This document shows positions 40,363 through 50,223 of a DNA stretch of 64,000 bases, in pieces (the stretch's first letter is position 1; the number at the start of each line of letters is the position of its first letter). A model generated the notes under the pieces. It saw only the letters and a list, made by a program, of their open reading frames with translations. It was not told the DNA's origin and searched no databases. Source of the stretch: Azolla caroliniana. Taxonomy: Eukaryota; Plantae; Polypodiophyta. Both the position numbers and the translations under genes were made by a program. Location of the stretch: positions 2,294,001 to 2,358,000 of the forward strand of contig JBHGNT010000013.1 of NCBI GenBank assembly GCA_043228905.1, read 5' to 3'.

Positions 40363-43300
40363 TTACATAGCAATCAATTCATCAACGTCATTTTCTTCAT
40401 CATCTTGTGTAGAACTGTCTTCGGCTATACGTGCATTGGTTTCCCCTGTTAGCCGAGCCAACGAAATATCTTCTATAAGCTCATCATCAAGCTCTATTAG
40501 CTCCCCCGGTTCGCCGGCTAACGGAGGAATAGGCTCTCGCGAAGCAGGTTGAAACCTTTCTGTATTGGCGAGGTTCTTTGCACCGACCTCCTCATCCTGG
40601 TCTGGGCACTCCCACAAAGCCTTAATCCGCATATTAATAAATATAACTTGGTCCTCGTCCTTCTCCAATGCAACTGTATTTCTAAACAGCTTCAATGCAC
40701 ATGCTGACGTAGTTCCTATGATGTAAGTAACAAGAAGATTTAGTTGTCAAACGAAAAAAAAGTGATTGGTTATCTCAAGATCGTTACCCTAGTTCGAGGA
40801 ATACCTGTGCCAGAAAAGAGATCTAATATCCAGTCTCCTTCGACAGAAAACATCTCGATCAAGCGCATCATAAGTCGTTGAGGTTTTTGGTATGGGTTGA
40901 CAAGTCCCCGTTTTGTCGTGGTGACATGTCGCAATTTCCGAGTCACTGCTGGATATACCAACAGATTTTAACCTCCCACTTCATTAGAATGCTCTTTGAT
41001 TCTCTGTTTTTTAATTTCATCGAAGTAGCCAACCGTTATGTATTCAATGGCATTAACGAACCGAAAAGTTGGCCCTCTATTTACATTGATCTTGATCCTA
41101 TAAAAAATAATTCATCGAGTTAAGAATAGATTCAACAACCTTAAGAATTGCAATATAATGAAAGACACCTATAAATAATCCTTACCATGCAAGGTTCTCG
41201 ATGCCATGGCAACGAGATCTCAAAGCTTGAGCTACCGAGTACCCTTGGTCCATACTATGAAAGACAACTATTCGCCACAAGGATGCGGTCGTTAGCTCAG
41301 CGAAATCCTTGACCATCTTCTCCAATTGTTTAAACCTAAACGGTTCATCGTCGTATGATGACCCAGCCATTCGAAATCCGTAAGGAATATCCGCAATCAT
41401 TAGCGTATATTCCTTCTTTGGCACCTTCTGGATCAAGTCGATGACATCACCGCAAACCACATTGTAGTAAAGATCTCTCGTAATATCTTTTTTGTGGCTA
41501 AATTTTTTAAACGAGCCATCTTCCTCCATTTCGTACGCCTTGACTAAGCAACGATCCTTTTCTTTTCTGGCTCGCTCAAGATGTGCAAGGAAGGATGTAG
41601 GGAAATCGTGTATATCCTTAACTTCTCCTTGTTTCTTGCCTCGACACGGTTTCTAATAGAAGCAATAGGACATCAGGTATTATTATACAAGCTCTACATA
41701 TGATGAAAGGGTAATGAAAAAACATGAATACTAACCCAATCCTTGAATGCAATAAAATACTCTGATAACGCCTTATACGAAGACGTTAGAGGATAATCCT
41801 CGGTCACTTGTTCCCAAGTTATACATCCAAGTTGTTTCATCATAACTTCTTGGATCTTCATGTACACCTTATGACTGTAAAATTAGAAATCAAGATTAGA
41901 ACTTTGAATTACACCAATGACAAAATAATTATATTGATCATGCTTTCTGATATCAAAATCTTCAATGGTTTCACATTCTTCAGGATCTACCATAACAATA
42001 AAAGGCACCACAGTGGCATGAGGATTAATTTTCATTTTTTTCTTGAGATTTTGAACATGCATGCGGTGAGGCTCTCTAATCTCAAGTGGTCTTCGACCTG
42101 TTTTTTCATCAATAGGGGGCCGATGGATGTGTGTTATAGGCAAATTAAATACTTGCCCTTTCCTGACCAGCTTCCGTTGCATTAACTCTCTCCTTATTTT
42201 ATTCTGCTCGGATGACAAAACACCCGAGGCCAGCTCGGCTCCTGGCGTCCCCTTATTATCCTCTTCTTCATTTTCACTTGTTGAATCCGTATCCAACATT
42301 TTCGTTGTCTTCTTCTTGGCTGGTCTTGACTGGACTTTGGATACATTTTTTGTGGCCTTCAAGGGGGAGGGCTCTTCATCTCTTAGAGTTACATGGCCTT
42401 GTATATAAGGCCTCAAGGTAACAATCAGGTTTTGTGAGTTATCAAGTGCTTTTTTGAACACTTCAGGCCCACAAGATTCCTTTACTAAAAGGTCTTCTGA
42501 AAGGAACACTTTACGTACCCCCTTGGAGCACTCTATCATTACCAGTATGTTGGCCGAATCTGCATCTTTGTAGTCAAATCGTAGAATACGGCCATACATA
42601 AATGGGGTTTCTTTTCCAAGCTGCCCCTCACCCTTCTTCTTTGTTGTATACAATACGACTTTTTTCTTTGAGTCGACATATTGCATACACCATTCCTTGT
42701 CCGTTAGATCTCGGTCTGGAAGGTCTTCGCCTCCAGTAGCGGCGACAAGTTTCTTTTGGCTAACATCACTATGTGGCTGAGATTTTGTCTCTTCGTTAAA
42801 GAGAAGCTTTTTTCCTCTCTTCATGGTCTCAGGAGCTACCTTGGTCTGGGCTTCGATTGGAGAACCTTGTATGCGAAGCTTAATTTTCTTCACGGGTCAG
42901 TCCGACAGGTTCTCAAACGACCTATTTAAGAAAGTATATGCAAAAACATAACTTAGACAGTCACGTAGATTGAAGTTGTATATTATAATGAAGAACAGTT
43001 TCCAGGAGCAGTAACATATTCAAAAATCTAGTTCCTGTTTAAAACCTACACTATAAATAGGAACTCGATACGGCGTATCGAGTTCCTTTTTAAAATTCAA
43101 ACTTTAAACACGAACTTGATACGGCGTATCGAGATTCTTTTTGAAACCTACACTTTAAACACAAACTCGATACGGCGTATCGAGTTCGTGTTTAAAACCC
43201 ACACTTTAAACACGAACTCGATATGGCGTATCGAGTTCGTGTTTAAAACCTACACTTTAAACAGGAACTCGATACGGCGTATCGAGTTCATGTATACAAT

Positions 43301-43427
43301 ACAAAATATTTATACACGAACTCGATACGCCGTATCGAGTTCTTGAGAAACGAAACATATTTACAAAAATGTCCACAGTGTCAGAGGCCTACCTGGAGTC
43401 CTCGCGCTCGATTCTCTTTGAAGACAT
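40363..43427 (-). pseudogene. Spliced gene for a probable ParB-like domain plus beta-class N6-adenine/N4-cytosine DNA methyltransferase (N6_N4_Mtase type)
   Basis: Exons 43427-43393, 42921-~41913, 41874-41736, 41652-41186, 41097-40805 and 40715-40363. GT-AG introns of 471, 83, 88 and 89 nt restore the frame. Motifs: VVCGDVIDLI...MIADIPYG, LAWIK...FVNAIEYITVGY, NPYQKPQRLMMRLIEMFSVEGDWILDLFSGTGTTSACALKLFRNTVALEKD. Stops at 42897-42899 and 40968-40970; frame break at 41875-41912. Confidence 0.88.
43052..43345. repeat. Array of six palindromic units (51-bp period) inside intron 1 of the methyltransferase gene
   Basis: Core GAACTCGATACG-G-CGTATCGAGTTC at 43061, 43112, 43163, 43214, 43265 and 43318, extending to TTTAAACAC...GTGTTTAAA. 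Confidence 0.95.
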
Positions 43428-44241
43428 GGTTGATCGTGTTGAAGTGGAGGCGGAGATCGCGCTTTCGTGCTTTGTGCTCTGAGTGCTTTGTGTGCTCTGT
43501 GTGCTCTCTACGTTCTGTACGCTCTGTACGCTCTGGTGAGTGAAATATGACGAGGTCTTCCTATTTATAGGGATTGAACACATTGGTTAAAGTAACCATA
43601 GTCACCTTAACCAATGTTGGTAACTTTGAGGATAGTTAGTTGGTAACCATAGTCACATTAACTAGAGTAACTTATGATTGTATTAATGATTACAAAGTCA
43701 AACTAACATATTGATCAATCTTTTATAGTCATAACAACCTACAATGACTTCAAAGGTTATGAAGGAGACAATGATAGAGGTTCATGAATGTACCAATGAT
43801 TGATTACTAAAAGCAACAATTTTTATGACTCTCAAATGTTATGTATTAAAGATGTGGGCATGAATTAACCAATGATTGATAAGTCTAATATTTAAAATGG
43901 TGAGCATTAAAGAACCAATGCGTGAGACGTTCTATATCAAAATGGGTGCCATTAATTAGCCAATGATTTTAACATTAATCCAACATATTCAAGGCTTGTT
44001 ATTGATTAGTTTTATATTTTACTTGATTTAACATCATTTAGATCTAGTTTATATAATGATTGATAATTTAAGTAAAATTACTTTATTAAAAATAATTTTT
44101 AGATGTATTGTATTAATAGAATATTACATAATATAGACATTCTATTGATTTGGCTTTTGTTTAGAGAGAAGTTTATGTTTAGGGAGGAGTATATGTTTAG
44201 AGAGGAGTATAACTTAGAGAGCCCTATCTAGACCTTAAGCC
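43428..44241. promoter_or_regulatory. Divergent promoter region between the methyltransferase (-) and transposase (+) genes
   Basis: Minus-strand CCTATAAATAG at about 43561-43571; five CCAATG motifs at about 43611, 43793, 43869, 43915 and 43960. Confidence 0.55.
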
Positions 44242-47021
44242 ATGAGTGAAGATTCACCGTTCTCGATTGAAGAATATTGTTTGTCATCAGACCCATCGTT
44301 TTCTACTGAAGAGTATTGTTTGTCAACAGAGTCACCATATTCGATTGAAGAATATTGTCTGTCGACCGACTCACCATATTCTATCGAAGAATATTGTCTG
44401 AGCTCATCTACAGGGAATGTAAATAATGACACATGTGAAGAGTTCTCTATTGAAGAATACGATATTAATAAAGATACCGAGAATGAAGGAAGTGCCCAGG
44501 AAACATTGAATAACATTGGCGATGGTCAGAACAGAGAATTAGACTGTAACAAGGTTACACCAACCTCTATGCAGGAAGAGAAATCTGGGAGCCCTATGCA
44601 TATTAGAAGAATCCCACGAAGAATTCGTCTGGCTAGATTTAGCTTGGTGACATCAGATAAACAGATTGGATTTGATGTCAACAAAATATGTTGTGCCCGT
44701 GGTTGTATGTCTATGATTGGAAAATCAAAGTTGTGAGAATTAAGGCGATACTATTTTTCGATGACCGGTGATGAGCATGACACTTACCTCGGATCACCTT
44801 TGCAACTAGTATCTGACAAATGTACGGGGATCAAAGTATCATTCGAGTATTATATCTTCCATGCGCAACAGATATGTAGAGTTGCATTCAAAATTGCGTT
44901 ATGTGTTAGTAACATGCGGCTACATAGAGTACAACAACGTCTACTTAGCGGGGATCAGATGCTCAATTGTAAAGAGGTTCCAAGTATGAAAGGTGCAATT
45001 GGAAGACTAGCTATTGGCTGGATGAAAACTTACTTTCAGTTAAATTGTGAAGTAATGCCCACTACAGGTAGGATGCATCTTTCGGATAATTATACCCGTC
45101 GGGAAGTTTATGATGTCTATCGATCTGAAATGCTGGGCTCACGTAATAAGTCTATCACCTATAGCCAATTCACAAGATTATGGAGAGCTCGGTTTTCAAA
45201 TGTTATTATTCCTCGTAAAGTACGTATGGGGTATTGCTCCATTTGTGCAAATCTTAAAAGTTTGGCTAAAGGTGCAAAGACATCAATGGAAAAGGATACG
45301 AGTAAGAAGTTACTACAAGAGCATCGTGAGGCACAATCCTTAGAACGAAGGAAGGCGATGCATCATAGAGAGAAGTGTTTGAAGAGGCCTGAACAATACA
45401 TGTGCTTAATGATAGATGGCATGGACCAGAAGAAGACATGCTTGCCGCATATGCGGAGGCTCCCCAAAGATGTCAATGATGAGTTCCTTGTTCAAATGCA
45501 CTTGGTGGGATGCTTGGCTTATAATAGGTCTGTTCGACCTCACGTCTTCATTACTTACCCCAATGTTCACAATGACCCTAACCTAACAGTTACAGTGATT
45601 CACCGAGTTTTGATGTCTTGGGGACAACCTTTCCCCCCTGTTCTATACATTCAATTGGACAATACTGCTAGAGAGAACAAAAATTCAATTGTATTTGGCT
45701 ATCTAAGTATGTTGGTCAACCTAGAATTGTTTAGGAAAGTGAAAGTCAATTTCCTTTTGGTTGGCCACACACATGACCATATAGATCAGATGTTTAGCAC
45801 ATTCTCCAGACAGTTGTCTCGGCATGATGCTTTCACTTTACCTAAACTATTTGATGTCATTTGTGATGCATATACACCACGCCCAAAAGTGTTACACTTG
45901 AAGGAGGTATATGACTTTAAGAGATATATATTAGATGGGGGTGGTGGGAATGTTAAAGTGCTTGCTCAGTTAACAATATAAGTTTCAATCACATTTTTTT
46001 GATAAAGAAAAATGGAATAAGTGGTTCTACACTTTTGTATGCTAAACAATATTCATCTTCTACAACATGGGAACCTGAAGGTGGTTGCCAGTTATTACTT
46101 TGTATGCCGAGTACAATTGTCCATGGAGCTAAGCAAATGCCAATTGAGAAGAAAGGACAGTTGCAGAGCGACTTGGTATCAGAACAAAAACGGTCATGGC
46201 TCCAAGCCTTAGAAGAAAAAAGAAAGCATATTGAGGCCGCCAAGAAATATGCCGCACAACAAGACATGTCATGGTGGGATGTATTTTATAGCGATCAGAA
46301 TGAAATTATAGACAATTGTGTATCTGTTGATAATTGGAATTTGGAAACGCCATTCACATGGTCGCTGCAACATGATCGCGTAAATAGAAGTCCGGAGCGA
46401 CTAGTAAATGCGATTAATGACAGCTTGGTCCATCCACAACAAAGAGACATTTATGTGGGACCAAGGATGACCAAAGCAGCCGAAGCTAGATGGCAAGGAA
46501 ATTTGCAAGAGCTCACCGCGGGGATGTTGATTGCAACGCCGGCTGATGAGAACTCACATGGCCACCAATTTTGGGTTGGTAAAATTCTAGAAGTGCTAAT
46601 GCATGAAATAGAAAACACGATCAAGTCTATAAATGTTCATTGGTACAACACTAGAAGTGCAAATGCTTTTACAGGTAAGTATACATTGGAGATGATTGAA
46701 TGCCAAACAAGAAGGGGAGGTAGGAAGAGGAAGCGAAACATTCGTAACACCTCGACCCTTGATATCTCTGATGTGGATATCATCGTGTACGACTTCACAC
46801 TTACAAAAGCCGGACGATTAAGGAAGTCAACAATAGATATAATAAAAGAAAAATTACCAGGTCTACAAGGTGGCTCGAGTCAAAGGCAAACGAGATCTGC
46901 TACATATAATCTAGAGTCAAACCATTTGGTTTATGATGAAGATAATGCACTGATTGGTACATCCGAGGATGATGAGGAGGAATCGTCATTGTATATTAGT
47001 TATAGTAGTGATTCTCCGTAA
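44242..47021 (+). pseudogene. Sola-like DDD transposase (DUF7869-type), about 925 aa when repaired, intronless
   Basis: ORFs 44242..44736 and 44761..45981 are in frame across one TGA (44734). A 1-bp frameshift at about 45972 joins 45999..47021. Motifs: YCSIC...H, MIDGMDQ, QLDNTARENKN, FLLVGHTHDHIDQMFS. The 4-bp TSD fits Sola. Confidence 0.82.
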
Positions 47022-50000
47022 AGGACTCTATCATGAATGTATATTTGGCTATTAAGTGTAACTACATTCCGCTTGTAACAAATTGAGTAATATAAAATCA
47101 TGTGTTTTGAATTCTTATGATTTCCCAAAAATCGTTTCTTATAAAATAACATTGGTTGTAAAGTTTGTGATATAAATTGAGAATGTACGTTTTTGAAATT
47201 CGTTTTTTTTTAGTTACTTCTAAATCACGAAAATAGTGGATTTTTAACCTTTTTCATAGTATGTTTGAACTTGTATGATACTGGTATCAATGTGTTTTGT
47301 AAAATCATTGAAAAACCCCTAAAATTACCCTTATCCTTCCATTTATGCGCGATCCTTCCACTTGTGAACGCGAACGTGTTAGTGCAAAATCAGACGCATC
47401 CGCCTCGATGGTTAAGGGTTTTTCTAAGTTAGTGTGAAGTAGAATAGGAACAGAAGTGAATGCTCTCTTTAGGTTTTCAAAAGCTTTGGCCGCATTCGAA
47501 CTCCATGTGAACGACTTGTTCTTTCGTGTAAGCTCCCTGAGAGGCATCACGATGTTCGAGGAGCTTGATAAATTTGCAGTAAAAATTTGCAAATCTTAAG
47601 AAACACTGAACATCACACACTAGGCAAGGTGTTTCCCAATTTAGAACTATCTGCACCTCTAAGGGATCCATAGATATACCTTGTTGTGAAACCACATACC
47701 CTAGAAGCTCCACGTGGTTTTGATCAAAGCTACATTTCTCGAGATTGCCATAGAGCCCGTATTCTCGTAAGCATTGAAGGACTTGGCGGACATGTGTGTC
47801 ATGCTCTTCTTGACTTTTTCAGTAGATCAAGATGTCATCAAGATATACTATGGTAAATGAATCCAAGAAGTTGCGAAAAATATCGTTCGCCATGTGTTGA
47901 ATAACTGCGGACGCATTCGTGAGACCAAAAGGCATAACCGTACTCGAAATGTCCATATCGAGTACGGAATGCTATCTTCCATTCGTCTCCTAGACATATC
48001 CGAACAAGGTTATATGTGCCTCGAAGGTCTAGCTTTGTGAAAACTTTAGCTCCACAAAGACGCTCTAGTAAACTCGATATCAAGGGTAGAGCATATCTAT
48101 TTCGAACTATCATTTTGTTTAAACCTCCATAATCTACGACCAATCATAATGACCCATCTTTCTTCTTGACAAAGAATATGGGTGCACCAGCAGGGCTTTT
48201 AGAATGTCGAAGGAATCCATTTGCTAGGTGCTCATCTATATACTCTCGAAGGGCCTTAGTTCAGAAGGTGATAGATTATATATTTGGCCCCATGGTGGCT
48301 CTTTCCCAGGTTGTAGGTCGATCGGACAATCATAAGGTCAATGGCCTGGAAGAGAACTAGCTTTAGTTTTGTTGAAGATGTCTTCAAAATTCAAGTAATT
48401 AGTAGGGAGGTGAGTACATGCCCCTTGTGAACTAGAGGATGGATTTGCCGTTACTGCAAAAACAAACATTTCATTTTTCCGCTCGTCTTCTCATAAGTTT
48501 TGTAGAGATATGAGCGAGATTTGGTGAGGTTTTGAATCTTGGTTGGTAGTAACAAAGCTATTGGACTCAGGTTTCTGCTGGAAATAATTGATTGCTGGTT
48601 TTCTGCAGTCAATGTCAGGATTATGAAGCTCAAACCAAGGCAAACGAAGGATAACAGGATGCTCAGGGCTACTAATTATATTGAAGGAAATAACACAAGA
48701 AAAGCTACCAAGGACTACTTGAATTGGCTCCGATGCTTCGATTATATCCTCAGATGCAATAGGGCGACCATCAATGAGTACAACGGATGTAGGACAAGGG
48801 AGGTTTCTCAAAAGGATATTTTGGGATAAAGCAAATTATTTGTCCATAAAACAAGAGTTGGCTCCTGAATCTAAGAGAGCAGATGCAAGAACTCGATGAC
48901 CCCTAGAAGTGCTAAGCTCAACTTGTGCTGAAAAAACTCAACTAACATGATTCGATAAAATGGAACCGGTACTTGGGGCCGACGTTACGTATTCTGGTTT
49001 GTCTAACCAAATGGCACCGATTTTGATTGGTCTTATTCGTTTAATATCTCATCAAGTTGACTCAAGACCTCAAAACTATTGGATTGGCCTAGACATGTCG
49101 GACTACTACGGATAGATAATCTAATTGGGGAATTGGAATTAAGTTTCTCACTAGTACTTACTTGATTTACTTGTCCTTTTGGCCTATGTGGGCAGGTGAT
49201 TGCTATGTGTCCCGGACAACCACAATAGAAACATAGACGGTTTGCTCGGCATCGTTGTTTCTTAGATTTAGACAAACACCCTCGATGACGTGTTACATTG
49301 ATCTCCATTGGACTTGGACACGTTGATGGAATCATGTGTGAAGTTTGGGTAGTGCTTGTAGGTGTCGAGGCTACTACTGAAGCATATGTTTGATCCGTTC
49401 TTGGTCGTGACATTAGTGGACGTTCTGAACGTCGCTCGAATAAACGATTGTCACATCGCACCGCACGACTTATTGCTTCTGTAAGAGATCTTGGATCTTC
49501 GTAGAAAGTTAATAACAAATCGTTTACATCATTTCGTAGTCCATGGCGAATATGATCCATTAATGTTTCTTCATCCCATGGAATATCACAAGCTAGGAGG
49601 CGGAAATCTGCGGCGTATGCGGAGGCCAGATGATCCCCTTGACGCAGTCTTCAAATTTTATTGGTCGCCGTTTTGACACTATCAGTGTGTCCAAAGTTTG
49701 CTTGAAAGTCTTTAATAAAACCTTCAAAGTCTTGAAGGAGAGGAGATTTCTTTTCTAGCAGTGGTGCAACCATGCTAATGTTGTTCCTGTTAAGAGGGTT
49801 CCTACTAGTCCAACTCGAGTTGTATCAGTTGGATGTCTATTAGGATGCATATGAATTACTAGACGCACCTTATTTAAAAATCCTTGAAATTATGATCGAT
49901 TACCATCGAACCTCCCAAGCAAACAAATCTTTGGTTGTTTGGGAAAGTTTTGTTGCATCAAAGCTTGTTGATGAAGAGACCGCAATGTTGTTTCGAGTTA

Positions 50001-50187
50001 CAATACACGTGTTGATAACTCGTCATATTGTTGCGCCTTTTCTATGCTTACTTGTTGTAAATCTCCAAGAAATCGTTGATTCTCTTGCTCTAGAGCCAAA
50101 AAATTATTTGTGAGATGCTCGAGCTCAGAGACGACTCGAACATACTCTTGCTTGCTATCGGTGACGATAACACTTGATAGGATTCTC

Positions 50188-50203
<16 letters not shown>

Positions 50204-50223
<20 letters not shown>

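Larger units (their letters stand above)
39315..47380. mobile_element. 8,066-bp TIR DNA transposon, Sola-like, carrying a DNA amino-methyltransferase gene
   Basis: TIRs at 39315-39350 and 47345-47380 (AACACGTTCGCGTTCACAAGTGGAAGGATYGCGCAT, 35/36 match). TSD AGTG at 39311-39314 and 47381-47384. The paralogous site has a single AGTG at 15572-15575. Confidence 0.96.

Noticed and set aside
41875-41912. A 38-nt GT-AG intron joining the ParB-like exon to the next exon
   Set aside because: Much shorter than the other introns (83-89 nt) and it does not preserve the frame; a deletion junction is more plausible.
43052-43345. Palindromic repeat array as a CRISPR array
   Set aside because: Linkers are only about 8 nt and nearly constant rather than unique spacers; no cas genes; eukaryotic intron context.
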